A DNA stretch of 64,000 bases from Neoconidiobolus thromboides FSU 785 (Eukaryota > Fungi > Entomophthoromycota): the NCBI GenBank assembly GCA_025603075.1, contig MU626333.1, positions 1-64,000 of the forward strand. The letters run 5' to 3'. Shown here in pieces: positions 13,086 through 25,885 of this stretch. Both the position numbers and the translations under genes were made by a program. A model generated the notes under the pieces. That model saw only the letters and a list, made by a program, of their open reading frames with translations, was not told where the DNA came from and made no database searches. Within the stretch, counting starts at the first letter, position 1, and each line of letters opens with the position of its first letter.

Positions 13086-14233
13086 ATATTGATAAACAAA
13101 ATATACTTTTGAATTAAATATATAACTCAACTACTTTATATACGTATTAATAGTTTATGTTTATTTCAAACTAAAATATTCGAAGTTTTTTAAGTTTTAG
13201 ATACCCAGTTAACCTTTTTTAATAAAAAACTTAAACAGATATAATATTCGATTTTAATCCTAATATTAAATAAAATAAAATAAAATAAAATTAAGAACCT
13301 AAGTTTAATAAGCAGTTAATGAAATAAGTATAATATAAATTATAATATAAATTATAATATAATAAAATAATTTTTATAATACATTTCATAATTACATTGA
13401 ATTTTTGTTGTGATATTAGATATGATTAATAGTTTGATCAAAATGTTTTTATTATTAATGGCTCTGTTATCATATCTTTATTTAATATTAAACCACACTT
13501 TTAAAAAATATATATACATATAGTAAAACTATTAATTTTCATGGTATTATAATTTAGCATTTATATTATCATAAATTCAGGCTTAAAATATTCAATCAAG
13601 TTTATATATTAAACTTATGATATAATAACAAATGAGCATATTCTTTGTTAAAGATTTTAATATTAAACTTCAATCTGTTTTTTAAAATGAACGAACTGCC
13701 GAGACAAAATACATACTCAAGCTGTGACATATTACTGACCCGATTTAAACGTGAGATTGTAAAGGCTCATTTTGTATTTTTAGATACAAAAACAGAAAAA
13801 ACCATGGCAATTCAATTTAGCAAATACAAAATCACAAATGCCCAATCTTCTGTTAAAATTGGACAAGTAGTATTAATAGCTAAAATTTAAGGTCCTTTTC
13901 ACGCTCAGATGTGATCATTATTACATCATAAAGTAATTGTTTATTTAGGACCAAAATTACCAAAAATTTTAAAAACGAAAAAAATTAATTTTTTAAACCT
14001 CAGCATTACTTTTATTCTTTAAAAAATTGTATAGCTTAAGTATAACTATGATATATATTACCCAATAACAGTTCAGTATTAAATCAGCGATAGATTGGTT
14101 TTGGATAGTTTCAGATAGTAACCCAAGTGATACAAAACTAGCTAAATAAAGAGTTTTTAAATATGCCTTTAAATTTCAAAGTCAAAATGTATAAAAGGAA
14201 ACCGATTTCCTATTTCTCAATTAATATTTTATT

Positions 14234-14851
14234 ATGCTTTCTCAATTTAACAGCTTAAATTTTATTGAGCCCACAGCAGCTCCTTCTGACGGCTTCTTAT
14301 TTGATAGCTATTTAAATCCTACCACAAATCAATTCTGTGACAATACTATAGCACTCTTAAGCAACGAATATCCTTTTATCTTCGACCTTCCCGAAGTACA
14401 GTCATTTAGATACGAAGATTTTTTTAAATTTGACTTTGATCCAACCGAAAATAACACTTTTCAAGAACCTAATCCCTTCGAATCAACCTTTGGCCATTTT
14501 ATCAGTTCTCCTTCTACCTCCTCTCCACCCCAATATTTGAACACAGTTAAATTGGAGCAAAATAGTGGTCCAAACAACGTCACTAAAAAAATCCAAATGA
14601 ACAAAAGAAACAAACGTAGGAAGGCTACAAAAGAAGAAACTCTTGTAAAAAATCGCGAAGCTGCTTCAAAATGTAGACAAAAAAAGAAGGAGTGGCTAAA
14701 AAAGAAAGAAGTCGAAACTCGCTTGTTAGATGATGAAAACGATTACTTGAGTGAACAAGTAACTGAATTAAAGAACGAAATCTTAAACTTGAAAATGTTA
14801 TTATCTGCACATAACAACAACTGTAATATATCCTTGAACTCTTCTGCTTAA
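14234..14851 (+). CDS. ATF/CREB-family bZIP transcription factor, paralog 4 (205 aa)
   Basis: EPNPFESTF motif; canonical KNREAASKCRQKKKEWL plus zipper; TATAAAA at ~14191. Confidence 0.92.
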   Translation: MLSQFNSLNFIEPTAAPSDGFLFDSYLNPTTNQFCDNTIALLSNEYPFIFDLPEVQSFRYEDFFKFDFDPTENNTFQEPNPFESTFGHFISSPSTSSPPQYLNTVKLEQNSGPNNVTKKIQMNKRNKRRKATKEETLVKNREAASKCRQKKKEWLKKKEVETRLLDDENDYLSEQVTELKNEILNLKMLLSAHNNNCNISLNSSA

Positions 14852-17800
14852 AAGTTTACCTTTATTGTATCCTTGGTATACGCTTATAAATAAAATATTT
14901 ATTTCTGTGTAATTTGGTTTTTGACTAATATTGATTTCATTTAATTTACTTTAAATACGATTAAAGTAATTTTTCATACTATTTACTACTATTTACTATT
15001 TATTATTTACTATACTCTATTAATATTTTAAAACAGCTTTAGTATTTATCAATACAAATCTTTTTGGGGATTTGTTTTATAACTAATTTTTAAACTAAGC
15101 TTTCGTCACCAAAATTGAAAGCGACCTAATTTGGAAAAGAGCCAATAGGAATCGTAATATATGATTGCATGGCTTTAAAAAAGTTAAGACTCTTCTTTCA
15201 AAGCTTCTAAATATAACCTGGTTTTGAACAAATTTCTATAAGCATTAAACCTCTTTAATTTTATGTCATAAATCCTTTTCTAAACCTTGAGATAACGATT
15301 TGGAAATATTTATGATTTTTGATGGAACTAATCAGAGTACACGGTTATCCTCAACTCATCAATGATTTAATAGTTTAAGGAACCTCAAGATCGAGAAAAA
15401 AAAATCGATTCTCCTGCATTAAGTTTACTTTGTTTTATTGTAATAAATAAAAATGTATCTTGTTCGCTATATATTTATGACATGGTAAAATACTAATCAG
15501 AACGCCTTGGCATAAAACGATAAAAATTTATTCAATTATAATAATAATGAAATATATATATTAAATAGATGAATACTTTGATAATAAAAATAGATGAAAA
15601 ATAGGAATTAATAGCTAACGATTAATTTCCACTCGAAGTCTAGTGGTGTTACATGGAGCCTCATAAGAAAATTATAATTTTTATTACAATTATTAATATT
15701 TATTATGGAAAGTCTCAATATTCGAATTAGATATTCGAATTTCGTGTTGTCAAGCTGCAGTAGCTTCTTCTTCGAACTGCTTTGTATTTGAAGCGAATAA
15801 AAAAGTACAAACTTAACTCCAGCTTAATTGGTTTCAAACTTTAATATTATGCCATGAATAGAAGACTTATAGGATTAAAACTGTGTTTTAAATAAAAAAT
15901 TTAAGCTTCTTGACTTTGAGTTTAAAACTTAGAAATTTAAAATGGTAAATTAGTATTTAAAAAATTAGAGAGCTCAATTTAGGATAACACTAACACTCTA
16001 AATAAAAACTGGCTTTTATAAAAATAAAATTCAATTTTGAAACTTCTTAGTTACAACCAATCAAATTGATCAAATTTATTTTTTTGTAAATTCACCTTTT
16101 GAGCAAAAAATTTTGGTTAAAATTATTGTTAAAAAATTAAAAGAATAATGTTTAACTTTAAATAAAGAGTTTATAATATTAAATAATTTAGCTTAAATCA
16201 TTTTTTTAGTTTTCATTTATTTTATTAAATAATACAATTTTATAGTAATTTCATTTTCATATCAAAATTAAATTTTTGAGTTCAACTTAAAAAGATAATT
16301 CTGTTAAAAGATTGGCAATATTTTTGTAAAACCCCTTTTGATTGGAAGTTGAATTTGCCTAAATAAAGCACTTTCAAAACTGAGCTTTATTTTTGCAAAA
16401 CCTAGTTTTTACTCTAAAGAATGTATACTATACATTAACTTGGCTAAAATTGTTCTATTTTCTATATTAGGCGTTTACTCTTCAATAGAAAATATTGGTC
16501 AAATTGTGCGTTCCCTGATCAATGATCTATTAAATACAAAATATAATTTACTATATTTACAATCCAATAACATTAAATTATTGCTTTCTTTCATTTAGTC
16601 AGATTTATAACTATTAGATATACAATCAAATACTTGCATCTAATACAATTTATTTAAGATTATTTGTTTTATAAATAAAGTTTTATAAAAAGTATTCAAT
16701 AATGTCAGACCCATACTTTAGGTCATATATAAAATCAAATCACTTTCAGCTAATTATCTCGTTTATCCGCTTTCCGTTATCTTTTATTATACATAAATCT
16801 AGAATTAACTATATAATTTACACGGCTATTAATCTATTGCAGCTATTCAAAAGAACTGAGCAGGTTGTTATGATTTTTTTTAGTAATTAAAATTGAAAAT
16901 AAATAATAAAATGACAAAAGTTTTAGAGACTTAATTGAAACTTAAGTAAACTTAAACAAAAAGTTATAATGTTAAAGTTATATTGCTATTACAAGCGTAA
17001 AAGGATGAGCGTTTAATATTAAATTATATAAAAATTATACAATTAAAATTAATACTATCTTTGTAGTATTTTACTTATTGTTCACTTTCAGACCCAATCA
17101 TTGTCAAAGATTGTATATTAGCCTATTCAGATTTATGTCTTTAAACAGCCATAAATGGTTGGCAGTTCCATATACTAAAAGCAAATTTATCGAACTACTG
17201 CCATTTCGCAAAAATCTCGTCACTCAATTTACTAAATTAAGAAGTTCAGCTCCGATATTACTAAATGAATTACATTCTTGGGCATAATATATATAAAATT
17301 CTAATTAATTAAATTAAAGGTTAGTCAATAAGCTTGATTCATTTACTTCACCGCGGCTTATAGCATATGTAGGAGCTATTAATACTGTCTTTTCCTTTAT
17401 ATACTTGTATGGTCTCTAGGATAAAACGAAGATACATTCTGAAGATTAATTAGATTAACTGTTTAATTGTGATTTCTTCTAAACTAAATATATAAATTAA
17501 CTAACCAGTTTCAGATATTCTTTATACTTGAAAACATATATAGTAGTCACTAACACTATCCTCTCCTTTATCCACTTGAGTAATTAGGGAATAAGACTGG
17601 AATAGATTCCAAAAGTTACTTAGAATAGCTCTTCAATTGACGTTATGATATCCTGGCATATATAATTCGAGTAGGGAGTACTTGAGTATTGTAAATACCT
17701 CAACTGCTATAATAAAACCGTTAGTTTGAAATAAAGCCTAAAGGTTTCAATTAAGCCCTTTATTATTATTTTAAAATTAGGTAAATACGGCCATTGTAAC

Positions 17801-19733
17801 CCTTTTGCGACTTTCTAGTGGTGATTTTTATAAACAAGTTATCTATATAGCTAATTTTTATAAAGCATGATTCTTATAGTCATTTAAACTCAACACATTT
17901 TTTTAAGTGGCCCATTAAATAGATCGCAAAAGAGAAGCAGTAGTTGTATAAAGATTAATACTGTTACTACTAAAATAAGCTATACTTGTTTTTATTAGAT
18001 AATATTTGGGAGGAAAATTTGGCAATGAAAATAGGCTGAGATAAACTATATCATTATCCTTGAGTTATGTCTAAATTTAATTTTTAAGTTTACAGTAGCA
18101 TAAAATGTAAGCAATTAGCACATAAATGCAGCTGAGGCAAGTGCATAAGTTATAACGGAGAAAATAGCTAACTTTTTTCAGTAATCTGTGCATTTACTTC
18201 AATATGTCTAATGTATGAGTTACTTATTTTTTTGTTGTGGCTGTTATGACTCTTTTGCGATCTCTTTTGGCAACAATTTTGTAATTAAATTATTTATGTA
18301 ATCGATTTATTAAGGGCTGACTCTCAAGTTTGTTTAAATTTTGACACAGTTTGTTCTCTTAAATGAATAGTTACAAAAGTCCCAAAAGAGTTACAACAAT
18401 TATATTTTGTTTTACCAAGCTTGTCTAATTAAAATTAATAAATATATCTGTTGAGTTTTGAATTTTCGTAAGTTAAAACGTGAGATCAAACTCTAATGTG
18501 TTAGAAATATAGTTACGATCTACATAAATATATTTTGTTTTATTATAAAAAAATAAAGCTTCTGCCGTTTTTTATTAACCTAATTTTGGTTTTCTTATAG
18601 GTTGATAAGATTATATCGTTGTATGATTTTTATTAATAAATTCTTCGATATTCCTTATTATTTAATATTGTTTAGGAATAATCTTTTTTAACATATATTT
18701 GTTTAATTAAACACAAAATAGGATATAAACAGCCATGTAAAAAAGAGGAAAATCATTCAAAATATGATAATAAAATAGTTTTACTCTAAATTAAAAAAGG
18801 ACTTATGATCTCAATTGATGGGTTAATAACAAGCAAACTTACTCAATTAATTTTCCAACCTCCTATATGATGATGCATTTAACTTTATTGGATAATTATC
18901 TTTGCTAAAAAAGTCAGTAATCTATTTTTAAAAACTTTAACTTATTATAACTGTTTGAGTTCTAATGACCAACTCTAACTGTTCATTTGATGCTATTTAT
19001 ACGCATATTTTGCTAGAGCCTAAGGATTAAGCCTTGGCAAAAATTATCAAATAGATAGGCAACGAAGAATTTTTGCGAAAAAATCCACATTTAAACTTAA
19101 ACTGATTAATTATATTAAATGATTTTTAAATTTAAAGTGCAACATAACTTAAATTAGTTAAGGCCTCTTCTCCGTTTTGGTTAACCCTGTTCATCATCCT
19201 CAATTTGAGTATTTGAAAATAGACACTTAGACTCTGTTTAAATTTAGATACCTCCGAAAATAAACTTTTGAGAAAAAGATAAAGATCAACTTACTAAAAA
19301 ATTAATAGTACACTCCGTTCGTAAATAAACAATCTTATTTATCCTTGAGCAGCTATCTTAGTCTCGTTTTAATACCAAAGTTATTTGAAAAGAAATCCAA
19401 AATTATGAATTTACATTTTAAAGTAAAAAAGGGATATTATGATTTTAAAAAAATCTATTTTTAAGTAGAGAAATACAGATCGAAAACTCAATTGAGAAAA
19501 GAAACTATAGATCGAAAAACTAAAGTGAATCAGTTTCCATATTCAATAAATAAACTCTCAAATATTTTAATTATATTAATTAATAAAACTTAAATAAATG
19601 GAGTAATAGTCCTATTAATTTTTAAGACATAAAATTCAACAATTATTAATTATTCTGTTTTCTTTTTTATTTTAGAACTTATTTAAATAGTTAAACATTC
19701 CAACCTATTTTTACTGTTAGGCTCAATCAATTA

Positions 19734-19742
19734 TTACGTCAT
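19734..19742 (-). promoter_or_regulatory. CRE/M26-like site (ATGACGTAA) upstream of bZIP paralog 5
   Basis: Plus strand TTACGTCAT, ~275 bp upstream of the ATG at 20015. Single short motif; chance not excluded. Confidence 0.3.
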
Positions 19743-20014
19743 ATAGCGCATTCCTTAAGATTAAAAGGTCAAGTTATATCCAAATAAAGCAAGTTCTAAT
19801 ACAAAATGATCGAATTAAATTTAGCCAAACTTAGTTAGGTGAGGCTTAAAAATTGGATGTTCAAGCCATTATTGGAGGAAATAAAACAGCTTTTAGTTTT
19901 GGTGTAGGAATCTTCCAATGAAACAAAATAGCTAGAGATGCTGAACAGATGATTAAATAATATAAAAGCAAATGAAAGTAATAATTTAAAATTATTTTTT
20001 AGCATCATTCGAGA

Positions 20015-20596
20015 ATGTACTTAAACTCCGCTTGTGAATTAAAAGCCAGTCTTCCAGCTGTAAAATTAGGGGAAGGATATTCTAATTATAATCCAAATCT
20101 TGAGGACAACACGTTGATTCAAGACTTTCATTATTCAGTCGATAACTTATTCTCTGGTCCTTTAGGCACCCCTTTAGATACACTATTATACACATTACCT
20201 TTTAATAACAGCAATGAGGCTTTTAATGATCCTTTTCTATACTCAATTTACTCAGAAGACTTATCTAAAATTAGTGAAACTACCATTTCCACCATGTCTA
20301 GCCCATCACAAGAAGTAGTAAATCAATACACTTTAAATAATAGTGTAATGGAATCAAAGAATGAAGAAATGAAGAGCAAAAGACAGCGCCAAAACAAACA
20401 GCAGAAACTAGAGAGCAATAGAATAGCAGCTCAAAGGTGCAGAATCCGTAAGAAGCAATGGATCCAAACTCAAGAACAACAGATAACACAATGTGAACAA
20501 CAAAACGAAGAGTTAGAAAAACAAATTACTAGCCTCAAAGAAGACATCTTAGATTTAAAAATGTTGCTTGCGGCACATAGGGATTGCGATCTCTAA
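20015..20596 (+). CDS. ATF/CREB-family bZIP transcription factor, paralog 5 (193 aa)
   Basis: SNRIAAQRCRIRKKQWI basic region; zipper ending LKMLLAAHRDC. Confidence 0.9.
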   Translation: MYLNSACELKASLPAVKLGEGYSNYNPNLEDNTLIQDFHYSVDNLFSGPLGTPLDTLLYTLPFNNSNEAFNDPFLYSIYSEDLSKISETTISTMSSPSQEVVNQYTLNNSVMESKNEEMKSKRQRQNKQQKLESNRIAAQRCRIRKKQWIQTQEQQITQCEQQNEELEKQITSLKEDILDLKMLLAAHRDCDL

Positions 20597-21065
20597 ATTT
20601 TATAGCTTTGTTATATCAATTATCCTTTTGTATTTATTTTAATAAAGTATACTATTTTTGTTTTAGTTCTAAACTGGCGTAGTTTTAAATGGTGATGTAA
20701 TTGAAAGAATAAGTTATTTAAATGCCTTGATTCAATAACAAAATGAATTAATTTAAAACTCAAGCTTTAAATGTAAATAAAAATCATAAATTAGAAATCA
20801 ATGTTTTATGTTTCAAAACAATTAAAAGAAATTAAAAGCCTGAAATTTTATAGTAGATAAATTCATTAGTAATAGTTTTCAAAAAGTGCCAGTGATATAG
20901 TTAAAAATAACAAAACAAGCAAAGTTTATTTTGATTTAAAATATTAAATTATAATTCAGCATATACAGAAAATTATTTAATTAATTCCATATTTAAAAAG
21001 CTTTTGTTTAAAAAGTTTTAAAAATTATTAGTAAAATTATTAAGCTTTAAAGTGGTTTTTTATCT

Positions 21066-21090
21066 GGGGATGTATTTTTATGTTAAGTTT
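21066..21090 (-). mobile_element. MITE terminal fragment
   Basis: GGGGATGTATTTTTATGTT matches one MITE end, then the match stops. Confidence 0.5.
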
Positions 21091-21329
21091 TTATATTATA
21101 TATTTAAAAAAATTAACAAAACAGATAGTAGTTTAAATTTTAATTTAATTTTTTCATTAAACATTATAAGATAATAATGCTGATGAAAATATAGTTTTAA
21201 AGCATTAAATAAAATAAAAAATATTAATTAATTTCAAAATATGAGATTTTTATTTCTAGATATGACAAACTGTGTTATTATTTAATATCTAATAAATTAT
21301 TAAATGCTAATGTTAGTTAAATTATTAAC

Positions 21330-22311
21330 AGCTAAGTTGATAAATAATCAAAGAGTAAGTAGTTATAATAGTAAATAAAAGCTATTATTATATTACTTAT
21401 ATTATATAGGAATGGATTAACTATAGTTTTAAGACTAATTACTCCCTCCCATACAGCCATTTGTTAACCTATGTGAAATATCGCTGTTAGCCCATGTTTA
21501 ATTATAACACAATAATCGCCTAAGCTGTTGCGCTCTCAAGTTTAGAGACAATTAATCCCATGGTCTTAGTTTAATTTGCTATGAGAATTTCTAGCTTCAT
21601 CCCAAAGATTGTTATCTTCTCATTTTGATGTTTGTACTTTTTAGAGTATAAAAGAGATTTTAGAGTATAGTAGCTTGAAGCTTTTTAACTGAATTATTCT
21701 TTGATATCTTGCACATTTAATAAAGTCATTAAGTTTTCTTAATAGTATTTTACATAGGTTTTACATTAGTATTGTCCATTCTATTTGTCTTACATAGTCC
21801 GTAGCCTATTACGTGACATTCTTCATAATTGAAGTCTATCTTAGTCACATAAACTAGAACCTTTCGACTTACAGCTAGTCAACCAAGCAAGAACTGCCTT
21901 TGACTCTAGTCACCGAGTACCAGATTTCACATCTATTAATATATTAATAATGTAATCATAATATTAAAATTATTTATTTATTTGATAGTAAATCTGGAAT
22001 GTTCGTTATGAACCAGTTAAAAGTAAATATTTCTTAACAGAGTTTTGTAAAATATATATTTATTGACATATCACAACTTTAGTTAATATCAGTGTATAGA
22101 ATATACTAGTAAAAGCTTTTTTAATCTAGGAATTTTTATCAAATTTAGTAGAAATTCAATTGATTCATAATATAGATTATAATAAAATAATCCAAAACTG
22201 TGTCAGGTACTTTTGCTTTTTTAATAATTTATTTTTACAGAATTTTAAGTAAGATTTTTGAAATATAAAATTTGAAAATTTTGAAAAAATGAAACTAATT
22301 AGAACATCTCC
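21330..22311 (+). mobile_element. 3' part of a decayed Sola-like transposon, interrupted by a solo LTR; left boundary approximate
   Basis: Matches 49455-49848 (actccctcccata, gaaactaatt...). Ends AACATCTCC followed by ATAT. Confidence 0.7.
21472..21931 (+). mobile_element. Solo LTR-like element, copy A (460 bp)
   Basis: TGTGAAAT...ATTTCACA termini; internal TATAAAA (21647) and AATAAA (21719); near-matching flanking duplication; three other copies in the window. Confidence 0.8.
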
Positions 22312-22322
22312 ATATATTATCT

Positions 22323-22419
22323 GGGGATATTTTTTTTGGTTTCATTACTTTTTTTACCTTTTAAGCGCTATTTGAGCGGAAAATTTATTAGTAAAATTCT
22401 TAAATAAAAACATATCCCC
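22323..22419 (+). mobile_element. ~98-bp MITE copy
   Basis: GGGGATAT...ATATCCCC; TSD atct/atct. Confidence 0.9.
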
Positions 22420-22547
22420 ATCTAATAAATATTTGTTATTATTGTCTATTTTTAAATAATTATATTAGTTTCTGTTTATATCAAATATAAAGCTTTTACA
22501 TTTATCAAAATAATATATTGAAGCTATAGTTAGTAATAATACTATTT

Positions 22548-24141
22548 GGGGTTGTCTGGATTAGTTTCATTATTTTATCCAATTTTTGAAAAAAGTTATA
22601 TTTTAAAAACTTTGCTTAAAATTCTATAAAATCAAATCTTTTATTAAAATAAAAGTACCTGGAGACAGTTCCAAATCATTATATTATAGTTTATACTGTA
22701 ATTTAGTTGAATTTCTACTAGATCTTAAATACATATTCTTATAAAACTTTATTGAGAAATATTTATTATCAACTGCTTTATAACCAACATTGTAGATTTG
22801 TTATCGAATAAATAAACTATTTTAATGTTATAATTACATCATTAATATATTGCCAAGTTAACAAATAGCTGCATGGGAGGGAGTGGTCAGCCCCAAAACT
22901 ATAATTAACCATCCCTATATAGTACAAGTAATAATAGATTTTACATATTATTACAGTTACTTGTTCTTTGACTATTTATTGACTTAGCTATTAATAGCTT
23001 AAGTAATCTTAACATTTAGTAATCTATTTCTATCATTCAACAAACTGCTTACTTGCTTAGTAAATATCGAAATTTTTAGATTCTCTGTTATCTTTGTAAG
23101 GTAAGCTGGGATTGATCTTTTAATTTTTCTATCTTCTATAGACTCTATAAGTTTAATTGGAACTATATCGTTTTTTTATGTATCAGATACTGGATAACAA
23201 TGTAGTTTACTGTTATGTTTAATAAAGTGTAAATACTTCTTAATGCCCTGCATCTCTATTATTCTTTTTGTATTTTTGGTTCTTTCATACTTTTTAAAAA
23301 TTATATCTGTCTTCGCATTATTAACAGTCAAGTTATTAATTTTATTGTGCTCGCAAATAAAAGCCTCAGATCTTGAGCTTAATTGATTGATATCTTCTAT
23401 TTTACCTAATGCTTCAAAACTACCTTTCCATTTTGAAAGATTTCCAAAATGACCATCAGCTATACTTTTTCCATGATGCTCTGTGAAATCTGGTACTCAG
23501 GGTTTGGAGTCAAGAACAGCTATTGCTGGGTTGACTACACTATAAGTCGAAAGGTCTTAGTTCATGTGACTAAGATAGACTTGGATTATGAGGAATAGCA
23601 CGTAATAGGTTAAAAGCTATATAAGACAAATAGAATAGACAACACTAATGTAAAATCTACGTAAAATACTATTAAGAAAACTTAGTAGCTTTACTAAATG
23701 TTTGAGATATCAGGGATTAATTCAGTTGAAAAGCCTCGAGCTATTATGTTTTAGAATCTCTTTTATGCTCCGATAAGTATAAATATCAAAACGAGGGGAG
23801 AATATTCTTTGAGGCGAAGATAGAAATTCTCATATCAAATCAAACTAAGAACATGGGATTGATTTTCTCTGAACTCAAGAACACAACAGCTTGGGCAATT
23901 GCTATGCTATAATTAACCATGGGACTGACAAAGCGATATTTCACATATCTAACAGAACTAACATAAAACATATAGTTAGGAAAATTAACTATTTAAGAAA
24001 AGGAAACAATTAAAATAAGTTTTAAATAAAGAGATTTAATTTTAGGCTTTTTAGATTTAACCGTCATATTGGACACAAATTTTAACTTTTAAAATTTGGA
24101 TTAATTTCTAAGTAAATTCCGAAACCAATTAGGACAGCCCC
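22548..24141 (-). mobile_element. Internally deleted Sola-like transposon with both TIRs and the transposase C-terminus; carries a solo LTR
   Basis: Termini GGGGTTGTC and GACAGCCCC; flanks attt/atat. The minus strand from 23481 reads EHHGKSIADGHFGNLSKWKGSF...; colinear with 47485-49848. Confidence 0.85.
23482..23945 (-). mobile_element. Solo LTR-like element, copy B
   Basis: Reverse complement of copy A with TG...CA termini. Flanks do not match (gctc/tatc). Confidence 0.8.
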
Positions 24142-24249
24142 ATATAGTGTATTTTTCCCTATTGTATTAAAAATTTTAAAAATTCCATTTCAAAGTTTAA
24201 CTTATAAAAGCTTGGATTTTTTTTAAAAAGTAAAACTAAATAACTGTAT

Positions 24250-24348
24250 GGGGATGTATTTTTATGTTTAACAATTTTACTAACAAATTTTCCGCTCAAA
24301 TAGCGCTTAAAAAATGGAAAAAATAATGAAGTCAAAAAAAACACTCCC
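24250..24348 (-). mobile_element. ~98-bp MITE copy
   Basis: GGGGATGT...ACACTCCC; flanks gtat/atat. Confidence 0.85.
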
Positions 24349-24429
24349 ATATATTTATATATTATATGTTTATTAAACATTTAATGAAAATAATATAGTC
24401 AAAATAAGTTTTCTAAATTATATATATAT

Positions 24430-24498
24430 TAAAGACTTACAAATTCAAAACCTTGAAATTTAAATTAAATAAATTATGAAACTAATTCGGACATCACC
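24430..24498 (+). mobile_element. Right-end fragment of the Sola-like transposon; left boundary approximate
   Basis: atgaaactaattcggacatcacc followed by atat resembles atgaaactaattcagacagcccc followed by atat at 198. Confidence 0.55.
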
Positions 24499-24502
24499 AT
24501 AT

Positions 24503-24599
24503 GGGGACGTATTTTTTGTTTGACGATTTTACTAATAAAACTTCCACTCAAATAGTGCTTAAAGGATGGAAAAAGTAATGAAATCAAAAAAATATCACT
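24503..24599 (-). mobile_element. ~98-bp MITE copy
   Basis: GGGGACGT...ATATCACT; TSD atat/atat. Confidence 0.85.
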
Positions 24600-24641
24600 A
24601 TATATTAAAATATATTAAATATTGGTGAAAATTTAACATTT

Positions 24642-24738
24642 GGAGATGTTTTTTGATTTCATTACTTTTTCCATCCTTTAAGCACTATTTGAGTGGAAGT
24701 TTTATTAGTAAAATTGTTAAATATAAAAATACATCCCT
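24642..24738 (+). mobile_element. ~98-bp MITE copy
   Basis: GGAGATGT...ACATCCCT; TSD attt/attt. Confidence 0.9.
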
Positions 24739-25885
24739 ATTTGTTTTTTTGAGGTCAGGGCCAAATTCTAACTTCAACTATAGTCTTCATCCTTAAGCCC
24801 AATACTAACTAACTCTTAATTAATTACGCTAAATAGTAGTGATTTTATAATTAAGAGAACAAAAAAATATGCCTCTGTTTGGGTCCCTAGTCCATAAAAC
24901 AGCTATCGTCGGGCTTCTTATCTGCTCTTTTCTCCAAGAATAATTATGCTTCACATCTATAAAGTTTTATTGATGTTAGTTTCTTTTAAAAAGCCAAAGT
25001 CACTGTTTATCCATATTGAATAAGTCAAAGTTATAAAACTCATCTCTTTTTTAAAATAGTGATAGTAGAATTTTAAATAAAGTGATGCTTTAAGTAGAAA
25101 ATACCAAATCTTAGTCTATGCTCAATGATTTCTGTTCTTCTAGAAGACTTCAGCTTTCTTAACGTGGATAAATTCACAGCGTTCTATGAGAATTGTTTGT
25201 TCTTTAATAACTCCCACTCTTAGATAATCTAATACAATTTGCTCAACCTTACAACAGATAAAACCAAAAACACGTCTTTTTATTTAAAAATTCCACAAAC
25301 AATCTTTCCAATCAATAGCACTTAGAAAATATAAATAAATGAAATCAAAAAATATGTCTTTATAAGAATCTTTGAACTTTTGAGTTTTTAAGAATAGTAA
25401 AAACACTAAAGTGATTACAGTATCATTGATATTTAAACAAATGTTTTATCCACAAATGAATTCTATTAAATTTGCTATTATAATAATTTGATTAGTGAAT
25501 CTTACCTCAAAATTTTAAGTAACGCTTGTTTATGGTTTTATACATTATTAAAAAAACAACTCTTAATTGAAATAAGTCATTTCTAGTTATCGAAGTTCTG
25601 GTATACAAACTAATTCACAATGTATAATCTTTGCTTTAAATAACTTACTAAGCGCGGCATCTATATTGTATCATGAGGGTTATATAGCTTGATAAAAAGC
25701 GATATACTTGTTATACTCTATTTAGTAAAAATGCAATAAATTGATTAAATTACTTGTTTCGGTTTCAGAATCCTTGTAAACCCATATTAATATTTTGTGA
25801 TGAAAATATTGTACAAAAAGAACTTGTAAAATAATAGCGAACAATTATAAAATATCAAATAAAAATAGTAAAGTTTATTAATAAA

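Noticed and set aside
15300-19600. Slightly GC-richer patches that may be old TE or gene relics (similar patches at ~24900-25320, ~28100-28700 and ~46260-46560)
   Set aside because: Manual translation of sampled frames gave no recognisable motif. A tBLASTx or HMM search would be needed.
24159-24380. ORFs at 24159-24380, 56450-56686 and 58963-59196 sharing a GVF..SLF.FFK.YL..K..KI.KHK.TSP peptide, which looks like a gene family
   Set aside because: The shared part is simply the translation of the ~98-bp MITE; the flanks are unrelated.
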